64,000 nucleotides of DNA, from assembly GCA_025355565.1 (NCBI GenBank), contig JANXZK010000002.1, positions 15,238 through 79,237 on the forward strand, given 5' to 3'. This DNA is from a bacterium. Its GTDB lineage: Bacteria; Patescibacteriota; Minisyncoccia; Phycocordibacterales; PALSA-1337. Each line of letters opens with the position of its first letter. The stretch's first letter is position 1. Made by a program: the position numbers and the translations under genes. Below the pieces are notes generated by a model. It worked only from the letters and a program-made list of their open reading frames with translations, ran no database searches and was not told where the DNA came from. Below are positions 10,450 through 19,955 of the stretch, piece by piece.

Positions 10450-12303
10450 CTACTGGAACATAACGGCCTTGAGTACACTTGAAATCTGTGAAGACTGCAA
10501 GAACAAGTTAGCCGGTGTTGAAGCTGAAGTTCCATAATTAAGTGTTGATACAGAGACTGTACCAGACTGTGCATTCGATCCGTTAGCTTGATAGGTGACC
10601 GTGAAGGTCTTTGTGCTACCTGGGCCAACGTAGAAGTACAGTGGAGGCACGCTCGTATCATCCTGGCTTGAATCATTATCAGAGAAATCTTTTGTAGAAG
10701 TCGAGATAGTGAATGTAGAAGAATGAGTGACTCCGACAGCCAAAGCTGCGTTCGTCGAAACATAGACTGGGTTGTTTCCAGCAGTCAAGCTATAAGTAAA
10801 CTTGAATGTTTGAGAACAAGTTGCCAATGTAGTGTCGCAAGTCTTTGCACCGAACGATGTTTGCAAGTTGCTTGCAGTGACGCCTGTGGAAGTAAAGGAC
10901 TGGGAATTCGCCAACAGAGTATTAGCTGAGTTATTTATAACAGTGTTATAAGTAGCATCAATAACTGATGGATTGAAGTAGGCACTAGTTGATACCGTTC
11001 CTGCTGTAGGCAGAGATACTCTCAATGTGGTGTTGTCAATGACTCCAGCAGTATTTTGGACAATCGTTGCTGAAATAGTCATAGGTACATATACATCAGC
11101 AGTCAACGGAACATTCAAATTACTGAATGTGGTAGTAGTACCAATCGTGCTAGCTGAATATGTCTGACCATTAATCTTCAATTGTACATTCGCAAGAGCT
11201 GAAGCAGCGGACACTCCAGCTAGGCTGTCAATTTTGACATCCAACCTCTGAAGTGTACCAGCTTCATTCTGAACCTTTATATCGAAGATACCGAGGACAA
11301 CGTTCTGAGTTTGAGCGGCTGTTGAAACCTGGATAAGTCCCTGTGCAGGTGAATTTGAATCAGTTGTTACAACAAGCTGACCAATGTTCGAGCCCTGGTA
11401 AGTGAAGCCTCTATATCCTGTACCCTCTGTTGTGGTAAGAGTACCGTCACCTCGTGTCTCTGTGCCTGTGATACCTGTTCCATCAACTGCACGAACCTGA
11501 GCCTGTGTGATAGCAATCGGACCACTTGAGCGATCTGAAACCGCGTTGAATGATAGATTGACTGTCAAGTATTTGCTCTGAGTTGCTTTAACAACAAGGT
11601 TGACTGGGACTGTGATCCTGTAATCTGAACCAACAGTGAGTTCGCTGAAATTACCTTGATTCAAGTTGTTGACTGAACCAACGACTGCACCTGTTTCATC
11701 CTTGATCGTGATCGAGTTAGCATAAAGCCAAACACGGGTATTGAAGTCAAGAGAGAAATTGGTAACTGCCATATCGGAAGCGTTAGCCTGAAGCTTGTAT
11801 CCTACAACATCGTAAGCCTGGCCCTTGTAAGCTGTTACGCCTGAAGGAGTTGTCCAGATTGAGAATGCAAGAGTACCAGCAATGCCTGGAGTTGTGATCC
11901 CTACTGGAGCACCAACTACTGGAGTTGTGCCTGTCCTAGGAGTACAATCATATCCAACTGGACAGACTACTGTACCTGTTGGAGTTGTTAGTGAAGAAAC
12001 ATCTGAACCATTCAAAGCTGCGCGGGTCAAAGGACCAACGAAACCTGTTGAAGGAATGCTGTTTTCTGCTTGGTAAGCTTTGACGGCTGCCTTGGTTTGT
12101 GAACCGAAGTAACCTGTCTGTGCTGCGCCTGAAGCAATAGAAGGAATACTGTACCCTGCGCTCATGAGCATTCTCTGAAGAGCTGTAACTGAAGCACCTG
12201 TTGAACCAACCGTTAGGTTAGAATTAAAGGTGAAACCCTGTGCTGAAGCGATCATAGCGACTGCCAATACGGCAACGCCTGTCGCGATCATTATTTTTTT
12301 CAT
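10450..12303 (-). CDS. Secreted protein with N-terminal PG_binding_1 domain and long Thr/Ser/Gly/Val-rich region (paralog of 9317..10345)
   Basis: Signal peptide MKKIMIATGVAVLAVAMIASA, then ALQRMLMSAGYSIPSIASGAAQTGYFGSQTKAAVKAYQAENSIPSTGFVGPLTRAAL. Confidence 0.6.
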   Translation of the reverse strand: MKKIMIATGVAVLAVAMIASAQGFTFNSNLTVGSTGASVTALQRMLMSAGYSIPSIASGAAQTGYFGSQTKAAVKAYQAENSIPSTGFVGPLTRAALNGSDVSSLTTPTGTVVCPVGYDCTPRTGTTPVVGAPVGITTPGIAGTLAFSIWTTPSGVTAYKGQAYDVVGYKLQANASDMAVTNFSLDFNTRVWLYANSITIKDETGAVVGSVNNLNQGNFSELTVGSDYRITVPVNLVVKATQSKYLTVNLSFNAVSDRSSGPIAITQAQVRAVDGTGITGTETRGDGTLTTTEGTGYRGFTYQGSNIGQLVVTTDSNSPAQGLIQVSTAAQTQNVVLGIFDIKVQNEAGTLQRLDVKIDSLAGVSAASALANVQLKINGQTYSASTIGTTTTFSNLNVPLTADVYVPMTISATIVQNTAGVIDNTTLRVSLPTAGTVSTSAYFNPSVIDATYNTVINNSANTLLANSQSFTSTGVTASNLQTSFGAKTCDTTLATCSQTFKFTYSLTAGNNPVYVSTNAALAVGVTHSSTFTISTSTKDFSDNDSSQDDTSVPPLYFYVGPGSTKTFTVTYQANGSNAQSGTVSVSTLNYGTSASTPANLFLQSSQISSVLKAVMFQ

Positions 12304-12825
12304 TTTTTATAATTTTACGCACCCCTCTCCACTTTATTAATAATTCGTCCTACGCCGCTCTCGCGAGCTTCGAAGGACAAGGAAGGAGAGTTAAATGCGG
12401 CTAGTAAACTAACTGATAATCTAACTCGATTCCACTTCTTGTGTCTGACGCTATCGACACGCTAGATACAAGATTTTGTGGGTACACGAAAGACGAACTT
12501 TACAAACTAATTATTATTCAGTTTTCAAAGTTCGTTACTTGTCCTACATAGCTTTATGCGAAGTAGGACTCCCCATCGCCTTATGCTCTGGGACGAGTAT
12601 GTAATAATTACGAGACCGCTTACACACTCGTTGCAAAACATTATAGCTCACTATTCACCTATCATGCAAAAGGGCTATGTGTGGATAACATTATTTACTA
12701 AAAAGGGCATCAAATCCATGCAAATCCATGCTTTTGTGGCTCTGTGTAGTAATAGAGCCATTCTATAGGATATGGCATCGAAAGTCAATGAGCCGCGAGA
12801 TGTTACCTGACTCTCTCAGGTTAGG

Positions 12826-13632
12826 TTATTTCAACGAATACCTACTCCATCTCCTTTCCCCTTCCTTCATGATGAGACCCCTACTAACCAGATCCAGGAG
12901 CTCACGTTGAATAGTCTTCTCGCTGCAATCTTTGATGACTTTGGCAAAGTCTTTGATGGTAAGATTGCTCTGCGTCTTTAGGACATTCAGGATCGTCTCT
13001 TGTCTATTTGTTTTCTTCTCCCGAATCGATATGTGTCCTTGAATAGATGTTCTATTGCTTGATACTTCATACTTCACACCCCCCGCCTGTCCTTTAGCAT
13101 CACCTTGGTTGGGATTGCCGCCACTCCTACTATCCAATCTAAAGCCTGAGCTAAACAGATCAGGTGTCTTAAAGAATGACTCTGACAGCACGTAACCAGC
13201 CTTTTCGGCACTCTGAGCGAGACGGTCACGGAGCATAGCGACAACGAGATCGATCTCTCTCACGAGCAATCCATGATTCATGTCAGAAATAAGGTTGGAG
13301 ATCTTGGCAACATTCAATAGCGAAAGAGTTTCCAGTGCCGCGGTGAAGATAGACTGGATGACGCCGCTCTTGTCTCCAGGGACTGAACTCGATGCCGTAA
13401 AGGACGAAGAGAGAAGATCTATACCGCGATCTCGCAATTCCCACTTGATCGGCTCGTCATCCTTGAGAAGTCCAGAAACGAGATAGAGCGCAGCAGTGAT
13501 CTTTTCTGTCTTTTTGAATAGATAGACCAGATAGTCTTCAGCCGAGAAAAACCCCAATGATTTCCAGTTTAATGGGTTACTGAACGAGTCTGGGTTGTTT
13601 GTCTCTTTGTTGTCCATATTTGTCTTTTCCAT
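12826..13632 (-). CDS. Hypothetical protein with C-terminal winged-helix DNA-binding-like region
   Basis: 268-aa ORF. The C-terminal ETILNVLKTQSNLTIKDFAKVIKDCSEKTIQRELLDLVSRGLIMKEGERRWSRYSL resembles a wHTH. It is divergent from ftsK. Confidence 0.45.
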   Translation of the reverse strand: MEKTNMDNKETNNPDSFSNPLNWKSLGFFSAEDYLVYLFKKTEKITAALYLVSGLLKDDEPIKWELRDRGIDLLSSSFTASSSVPGDKSGVIQSIFTAALETLSLLNVAKISNLISDMNHGLLVREIDLVVAMLRDRLAQSAEKAGYVLSESFFKTPDLFSSGFRLDSRSGGNPNQGDAKGQAGGVKYEVSSNRTSIQGHISIREKKTNRQETILNVLKTQSNLTIKDFAKVIKDCSEKTIQRELLDLVSRGLIMKEGERRWSRYSLK

Positions 13633-13785
13633 GTCCTATACATTATTTCGCTGTCTTTTAGAAAAAATGTTGATATTCCTTGTCTTTGAACATGTCCATT
13701 ATAGTCTTTGAGTTAGGAATTGCAAGCGAGAGTCTTGTCCACTCCTTAGAAATAAGTTTCACAATGCAAAATATGTTATTATCTA

Positions 13786-16158
13786 ATGATAATAACAATC
13801 AAATCACCACTAACCATCATGGCAAAGAAAAAAGATACAGATAGGGCATCAAAGACGCATCTCTTGGATGACATGAACACGGGGACAGTGCAGACGATAT
13901 TTGCCATACTATCATTCCTCGTGACAGTGATCGCGCTCCTAGCCGCATTCGGCAAAGCTGGCGTCGTCGGAGACTATGCATTTATGTTCTTCTCCAGAAT
14001 GTTCGGCATCGGCTACTATCTCATTCCTTTGGTATTTGCCATGCTGGGAATCACTTTCTTGCAGGGTGTAAAGAAGCGATTTGAGATCTCAAAAGGCATC
14101 GGTGCCCTCCTATTCTTCCTGTCCGGATTGGGACTCATCCACATCGCCTACGGAGGAGCCGGGGGGGTCTTTGGACGCATCATCGACTACCTGTTCCTAA
14201 AATCTATAGACACTATCGCCACGACGATACTCATGGTCGCGCTCCTCGTCATCTCCGTGTTCATGACATTTAACCTGCACCTGTCATGGGACATGATCGC
14301 GATATGGAGAAAGAAGGGATTGACCGAAGATGAACTGGAGGTCATGGCGAGAAAGAAGAGGGGTGACATCGAGGATGACTCGATCGAGAAACTAGCCGCG
14401 GCGGCAAATGCCAAGGATGCTGACGGACTCTCTGCTCGAGAGATCGAGGCAGCAGCGGCAAAAGCTCGCACGGATGCTCTGGCGGCAGAAAAGAGGAGGA
14501 AGAGTGGTAATGGCGCGCTCGGACTCGATCTATCGGATGATGACGAAGCTGGGTTTGCTTCTTCGATGTCGATGCCGAGCCTGAAACCGTTCACTCCTCC
14601 ACCATTGTCACTGCTCGAGAAAGATCGCGGTAAACCTGAGACCGGAGACATCAAATCCAACGCCAACATCATCAAGCGCACTCTACAAAATTTCGGTATC
14701 ACTGTGGAGATGGACGAGATATCGATCGGACCATCAGTCACTCGATACGCTTTGAAACCCGCAGAAGGCGTGAAACTTTCCCGCATCGTCGGACTGAACA
14801 ATGACCTCTCTCTAGCTCTCGCCGCCCACCCTATCCGTATCGAAGCACCGATACCCGGCAAGTCTCTAGTCGGCATCGAAGTCCCGAACACTGCCAAAAC
14901 CACCGTCGGTCTAGCTACACTCTTGGCCGCCACAGATTTCCAAGGATCGGAGAAACCATTGCTCGTTTCACTAGGCAAAGATATCACTGGCGATGCGCAT
15001 TTTAGTAATGTCGGAAAAGCTCCGCACATGCTCATAGCTGGAGCGACCGGATCCGGAAAATCAGTGACTATCCACACCATCATCACTTCTCTCCTATATC
15101 GCAATTCCCCACAGAGCCTGAAGCTCATAATGATAGACCCCAAACGCGTAGAATTGACCCTATACAACAAAATCCCGCACTTGCTGACTCCTGTTATCAC
15201 TGACCCGAAAAAGGCCATTCTAGCTCTAAAATGGGCCGCCAAAGAGATGAGTCGCCGTTACGATATCCTAGAGAAGAATACCGCGCGAGACATCGATTCG
15301 TACCACAAAAACATTCTGGCACCCGCAGTCGCCAAATGGAAAATGGGAAATGGAAAATGGAAAAATGACAAAACAGACAGCACAAATAAATCCGCGACCG
15401 ACGCTGGCCCCACCGCACTTCCTGAGACCATGCCATATATCGTCATCGTCGTCGATGAATTGGCTGATATCATGCAGTCATATCCTCGCGAACTAGAGTC
15501 CGCGATCGTCAGGCTCGCTCAGATGAGTCGCGCCGTTGGTATCCACCTCATCATCTCCACACAGCGTCCGAGCGTGAACGTCATCACCGGTCTCATCAAA
15601 GCCAACATCCCGACCCGTATCGCTCTCCAAGTCGCTTCTCAGATCGATTCACGTACCATCATCGACCAGATGGGTGCGGAAAAATTACTCGGTGCCGGTG
15701 ACATGCTCTACCTCGGCGGGGAGATGTCCAAACCTATCCGTCTGCAATCAGCTTATATCTCCGAATCAGAAGTCAAGAAAGTCGTGAAATACATCGTCGA
15801 CCAATACAAAGACGAGATCAATGACACCATCAACTTTGCCGCCACACCTACCGAAGCTGGTGCCACGGCCGCATTCGATGCCATGAGCGACAGCGACTCA
15901 CTCGATGACGATGATGACATGTATGAACCGGCGAGAGAGATGGTCATCACCAACAACCGAGCTTCGACTTCCTTGATCCAGCGCAAGCTCGGCATCGGAT
16001 ATTCGAGAGCGGCCAAGCTCATGGATATGCTCGAGGAGCGTGGAGTCATCGGTCCAGCAAATGGTTCAAAGCCGCGAGAGATCATCGGAGTTGGTGGTCC
16101 AACAGAATTACCGCCGTCCAACATCGAAGATGGCAGTGCCCAAAACTTGACGATCTGA
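13786..16158 (+). CDS. ftsK: DNA translocase FtsK/SpoIIIE
   Basis: N-terminal TM helices, Walker A LIAGATGSGKSV in the motor domain, and a C-terminal gamma domain LIQRKLGIGYSRAAKLMDMLEERGVIG. The start may instead be the Met at 13819 (MAKKKD). Confidence 0.9.
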   Translation: MIITIKSPLTIMAKKKDTDRASKTHLLDDMNTGTVQTIFAILSFLVTVIALLAAFGKAGVVGDYAFMFFSRMFGIGYYLIPLVFAMLGITFLQGVKKRFEISKGIGALLFFLSGLGLIHIAYGGAGGVFGRIIDYLFLKSIDTIATTILMVALLVISVFMTFNLHLSWDMIAIWRKKGLTEDELEVMARKKRGDIEDDSIEKLAAAANAKDADGLSAREIEAAAAKARTDALAAEKRRKSGNGALGLDLSDDDEAGFASSMSMPSLKPFTPPPLSLLEKDRGKPETGDIKSNANIIKRTLQNFGITVEMDEISIGPSVTRYALKPAEGVKLSRIVGLNNDLSLALAAHPIRIEAPIPGKSLVGIEVPNTAKTTVGLATLLAATDFQGSEKPLLVSLGKDITGDAHFSNVGKAPHMLIAGATGSGKSVTIHTIITSLLYRNSPQSLKLIMIDPKRVELTLYNKIPHLLTPVITDPKKAILALKWAAKEMSRRYDILEKNTARDIDSYHKNILAPAVAKWKMGNGKWKNDKTDSTNKSATDAGPTALPETMPYIVIVVDELADIMQSYPRELESAIVRLAQMSRAVGIHLIISTQRPSVNVITGLIKANIPTRIALQVASQIDSRTIIDQMGAEKLLGAGDMLYLGGEMSKPIRLQSAYISESEVKKVVKYIVDQYKDEINDTINFAATPTEAGATAAFDAMSDSDSLDDDDDMYEPAREMVITNNRASTSLIQRKLGIGYSRAAKLMDMLEERGVIGPANGSKPREIIGVGGPTELPPSNIEDGSAQNLTI

Positions 16159-16198
16159 TCACTGGATTTGATCCCGCATCCATATATCGACGACTCAT

Positions 16199-16579
16199 AT
16201 GACCAGAACTTCTCTCATTCGATCGATCAAGATCATCGCCTCCGCATTCGCGGCACTACTCATCATCGCCTTCGCTGTTTGGCGCTCGCTCGATTACGCT
16301 CGAGGACCGAAAGTTACGATCAGTTTACCCACGAACGGCGCGGAGATCACAGCAAAATATGTAACCGTGAAAGGCCGAGTCGAGAGAGCCAATGATCTCC
16401 TCATAAATGGCAAAGAGATCAACGTCGACGAGCATGGCAATTTTTCCGATAACATCGTGGTCTTCCCTGGTATAAATGTGATCACTGTGACCGCAAAAGA
16501 TCAGTTCGGTAGGTCAGTCAAGGATCAGCTGACTTTGATTGGCAATGATGGCTCATCTTCTACGAGTCTCACAAATTGA
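16199..16579 (+). CDS. Hypothetical small membrane-anchored protein
   Basis: 126-aa ORF with an N-terminal TM helix and a β-rich C-terminal domain. Confidence 0.45.
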   Translation: MTRTSLIRSIKIIASAFAALLIIAFAVWRSLDYARGPKVTISLPTNGAEITAKYVTVKGRVERANDLLINGKEINVDEHGNFSDNIVVFPGINVITVTAKDQFGRSVKDQLTLIGNDGSSSTSLTN

Positions 16580-16684
16580 GCAACACAAAAGGATAAAGGG
16601 GACTTGTGAGCGCGACTGGCGCGAACACGAGGAATTTTTCAGCAGAAAAATATCCGTGCCCCTGAGTCCTTTTGTGTTGCTCAA
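16576..16684 (+). promoter_or_regulatory. Long nested stem-loop (18-bp perfect inverted repeat with a 73-nt structured spacer) between the upstream gene's stop and recA
   Basis: TTGAGCAACACAAAAGGA (16576-16593) pairs perfectly with TCCTTTTGTGTTGCTCAA (16667-16684). The spacer holds sub-hairpins (gcgcgactggcgcg; tttttcagcagaaaaa; ggggac...gtgcccc). Confidence 0.4.
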
Positions 16685-16738
16685 TTTGGTGATAATATAT
16701 GATTACCTGCAAATATTATCAGAACTAATTCAAAGAAA

Positions 16739-17881
16739 ATGTCATTTCAAAAACAGAAACCCAAAGCCAAGACCACTGTGCAAGAGTCGAAAAATGCAGA
16801 CATGCCCGAGGAAAAGGCGGACGCAGTCAAAACAAAAGAGATAGATACGGAAACAAACAACGATGAATCAGCGAAGAGTGGCCGTGATAACCCATCGAAC
16901 AAGAGGACAGCCACAGATGTGAGCGATGCCTTAAACGTGATCCGCATGAAATTTGGCGAGGACTCGATCATGAAGCTCGGCGACAAGCCGAAGGTCAACG
17001 TGAACGCCGTCCCGACCGGATCGATCGGTCTAGATTGGGCGCTCGGTATCGGCGGTATGCCTCGTGGCCGTATCGTCGAGATATTTGGACCTGAGTCATC
17101 GGGCAAGACTACCCTGGCACTACATGTCGTCGCTGAAGCTCAGAAACGTGGAGGAGTCTGCGCATATATCGACGCCGAGCACGCTATGGACCCCGAATAC
17201 GCAAAGAGGCTCGGTGTGAAGATCGATGATCTGCTCATCTCACAGCCTGATACAGGCGAACAAGCCCTGGAGATCGTCGACAGTCTCATACGCACAGGCA
17301 AGATGGATGTCGTAGTGATCGACTCCGTTGCCGCTCTCACACCAAAAGCCGAGATCGAAGGAGATATGGGCGCGCATCACGTAGGTGCGCAAGCTCGTCT
17401 CATGTCCCAGGCACTCCGTAAATTGACCGCCATCGTCGCCAAGTCCAAGACGATCGTCATTTTCATCAACCAGATCCGCATGCAGATAGGCATCATGTTC
17501 GGTAATCCTGAGACGACCCCGGGTGGCAAAGCACTCAAATTCTACGCTTCCGTTCGTCTCGATATCCGCCGTATCGCCCAGATCAAGAAAGGTGAAGAGG
17601 TCATGGGTGGACGTTGCCGAGTCAAAGTGGTGAAGAACAAAGTTGCCGCTCCATTCAAGCAGACTGAGTTCGATCTCATGTACAATGAGGGCATCTCCCA
17701 GGAAGGCGAGATCATCGCTCTCGGAGAAAAATATGGACTATTACAGAAATCCGGTTCCTCCTATTCATTTGGTGAAGAGAAACTCGGCCGTGGATATGAC
17801 GCAACCAGACAATTCCTCAAAGAAAACCCGAAGATCCGCGAAGAGATCTTGAAACAGATCAGAGCGAAATTAAAAGAATGA
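16739..17881 (+). CDS. recA: Recombinase RecA with a ~55-aa low-complexity N-terminal extension
   Basis: [18 protein letters not shown] Walker [58 protein letters not shown]. Confidence 0.92.
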   Translation: MSFQKQKPKAKTTVQESKNADMPEEKADAVKTKEIDTETNNDESAKSGRDNPSNKRTATDVSDALNVIRMKFGEDSIMKLGDKPKVNVNAVPTGSIGLDWALGIGGMPRGRIVEIFGPESSGKTTLALHVVAEAQKRGGVCAYIDAEHAMDPEYAKRLGVKIDDLLISQPDTGEQALEIVDSLIRTGKMDVVVIDSVAALTPKAEIEGDMGAHHVGAQARLMSQALRKLTAIVAKSKTIVIFINQIRMQIGIMFGNPETTPGGKALKFYASVRLDIRRIAQIKKGEEVMGGRCRVKVVKNKVAAPFKQTEFDLMYNEGISQEGEIIALGEKYGLLQKSGSSYSFGEEKLGRGYDATRQFLKENPKIREEILKQIRAKLKE

Positions 17882-17920
17882 GATTATAGTGACTCATATA
17901 ATCAGATCCCAACCGTAACT

Positions 17921-18859
17921 ATGCAAAATCCATCCAAAATCATCCCAAAAGGACATCGCAAAATCATCATCTCTACCATCGCGGTCGCGATAATACTTAT
18001 CACTAGTGGTTGGTATATCTATAGTAGATTGACTTCCCTTTCAGCAAACCTAAATATGCTCTCCAACCAATTAGCGACACTCGAGACGAGGCTATCCTCG
18101 ACGACTGCTTCATTGCAGAACAATATCTCTCAAACTAGCAATAACCTGAATAGTGCTATAAATCAGCAGCTCCAAAGTTCCGCCGCCATAGCGCAACAAC
18201 TCGGAACATACCAGCAACAGGTCGATACCGTCTCGAGCACTGTCGGAACATTACAGAAATTGAGCAATACCGATCCCCAGCTCCTACAGAAATATTCGAA
18301 GGTATTCTTTTTGAACGAGTATTATGCCCCGGCAAAACTAGCCGCGATACCAGGTGATTATGAGTATAGCGAGACCAAGCAGCTCACATTGCAAGCTGAC
18401 GTCTGGCCACACTTGAAAGCACTCATAGACGCGGCAAAATCTAGCAGTGTAAACATATATGTATATTCCGCCTATCGCTCATTCAATGAGCAAAGCGCTC
18501 TAAAGAGCGACTACAAGATCACTTACGGAGCAGGGACAGCCAACTCATTCTCAGCTGATCAAGGATATTCGGAGCACCAACTCGGCACGACAGTCGACCT
18601 CATAACTGGCGGACTCGGTGGCGTATTGGATGGATTCGACGGAACGAAGGCGTATATATGGCTACAGTCAAATGCGTGGCGATATGGTTTCGTCCTCTCA
18701 TATCCGAAGGATAATAAATTCTACGTCTATGAACCGTGGCATTGGAGATTTGTCGGCGTAAAATTAGCAACCGACCTACACAATCAAGGAAAAAATTTCT
18801 ACGACCTCGACCAGAGAACCATAGACGCGTACTTGGTCAATTTCTTTGATCCTCAGTAA
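17921..18859 (+). CDS. M15-family D-Ala-D-Ala carboxypeptidase (VanY-like) with N-terminal TM helix and coiled coil
   Basis: YSAYRSFNEQ, SEHQLGTTVDL and EPWHWRFVG motifs of VanY/M15B peptidases. Confidence 0.75.
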   Translation: MQNPSKIIPKGHRKIIISTIAVAIILITSGWYIYSRLTSLSANLNMLSNQLATLETRLSSTTASLQNNISQTSNNLNSAINQQLQSSAAIAQQLGTYQQQVDTVSSTVGTLQKLSNTDPQLLQKYSKVFFLNEYYAPAKLAAIPGDYEYSETKQLTLQADVWPHLKALIDAAKSSSVNIYVYSAYRSFNEQSALKSDYKITYGAGTANSFSADQGYSEHQLGTTVDLITGGLGGVLDGFDGTKAYIWLQSNAWRYGFVLSYPKDNKFYVYEPWHWRFVGVKLATDLHNQGKNFYDLDQRTIDAYLVNFFDPQ

Positions 18860-18873
18860 TAAATTCGTCAATA

Positions 18874-18955
18874 AAAAATTAACTTTCCTACCGTCTCCTG
18901 CGGGCGCTAATCGCTAGCTACCCGTCCTCGGAGCACGTCTGGAAAGTTAATTTTT
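18874..18955. repeat. 15-bp perfect inverted repeat (AAAAATTAACTTTCC / GGAAAGTTAATTTTT) with a 52-nt spacer, between convergent genes
   Basis: Seen directly at 18874-18888 and 18941-18955. Probably a bidirectional terminator-like structure. Confidence 0.35.
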
Positions 18956-18977
18956 GATTTATCTAAGATATCTCCTA

Positions 18978-19235
18978 CTATGACAGATGCTTGGAAACGA
19001 GCTTGGTCATTTCGAACATATCGACGACATCTTTGCCGCCAAAAACTTTCTTGAGGCTCTCATCAGCATTGATATTGCGCTTGTTCTTTGGGTCTTGGAG
19101 GTTCTTTTCCTTGATGTATACCCATAGCTTCTTCACGACTTCTGACCTTGGCAACGGACCCTGTCCCACTACTGCGGCGAGTTCTGCACTGACTGTGAGC
19201 GGCTTCATAAATGCTGAATTTGGTTTTGTTGGCAT
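18978..19235 (-). CDS. SWIB/MDM2 domain protein
   Basis: LAAVVGQGPLPRSEVVKKLWVYIKEKNLQDPKNKRNINADESLKKVFGGKDVVDMFEMTKLVSKHL is a canonical SWIB domain. Confidence 0.7.
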   Translation of the reverse strand: MPTKPNSAFMKPLTVSAELAAVVGQGPLPRSEVVKKLWVYIKEKNLQDPKNKRNINADESLKKVFGGKDVVDMFEMTKLVSKHLS

Positions 19236-19331
19236 ATATATGATTGTTGATTAATAACCCTATAAGTATAACACACAAATATTGCTTTTAGGCAATAATC
19301 GTGTAGACTAGACCGATAACATCATAAACCT

Positions 19332-19904
19332 ATGGCTCTACTAGAATACAATGAAATAACCGAAAAAAAGTACATCGTCTTGGATGGCGCGCCATACGAA
19401 GTCATCACTTCGCACGTCTTCCGCAAGCAACAGAGGAAGCCGGTAAACGCAACGAAACTGAAGAATCTCATGACCGGGAAAGTCACCGAGTATTCTTTCC
19501 ATCAATCAGAAAAGATCGAGCAGGCCGAGATCGACGAGCGCGAAGTAAAATATCTCTATAACAATAGAGGAGAATGGTGGTTCTCTGAGGTAGATGATCC
19601 AGCGAAGCGATTCAAGGTCACCGAAGAACAAGTAGGCCCACAAGGTAAGTTTTTGAAAGCGAACACCGTGGTCACACAACTCCTATTCAAGGATCAGCCG
19701 ATGGGTTTCAAGATGCCTATCACTGCCGAGCTACGAGTTACCGAAGCCCCTCCCAACATCAAGGGCGATTCCGCCGCCGGTGGCAACAAAGTCGTCACTC
19801 TGGAGACTGGTGCCACGATCAATGCTCCCCTCTTCATCAATGAAGGCGAAGTAATCCGTATAAATACTGAGACTGGTGAGTATAGGGAAAGGGTAAATAA
19901 ATAG
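19332..19904 (+). CDS. efp: Elongation factor P
   Basis: KGDSAAGGNKVVTLETGATINAPLFINEGEVIRINTETGEY is the classic EF-P signature. Length is 190 aa. Confidence 0.92.
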   Translation: MALLEYNEITEKKYIVLDGAPYEVITSHVFRKQQRKPVNATKLKNLMTGKVTEYSFHQSEKIEQAEIDEREVKYLYNNRGEWWFSEVDDPAKRFKVTEEQVGPQGKFLKANTVVTQLLFKDQPMGFKMPITAELRVTEAPPNIKGDSAAGGNKVVTLETGATINAPLFINEGEVIRINTETGEYRERVNK

Positions 19905-19932
19905 CGAAAAGAAGGTCGTCCTTCTTTTCGCT
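19903..19932. terminator. Bidirectional Rho-independent terminator between efp and rpsR
   Basis: AGCGAAAAGAAGG-tcgt-CCTTCTTTTCGCT is a 13-bp perfect stem, followed by atttattt. Confidence 0.7.
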
Positions 19933-19955
19933 ATTTATTTAGCTCCTAACCCTAA

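Noticed and set aside
14187-15242. 351-aa minus-strand ORF inside ftsK
   Set aside because: It is antisense to a confidently identified FtsK motor domain. Its translation is low-complexity (Ser/Ala/Arg-rich) with no recognisable motifs, which is typical of a GC-rich antisense frame.
16539-16844. 101-aa plus-strand ORF overlapping the recA start
   Set aside because: It is out of frame with recA and runs through the structured intergenic hairpin. It has a basic low-complexity tail and no homology signals.
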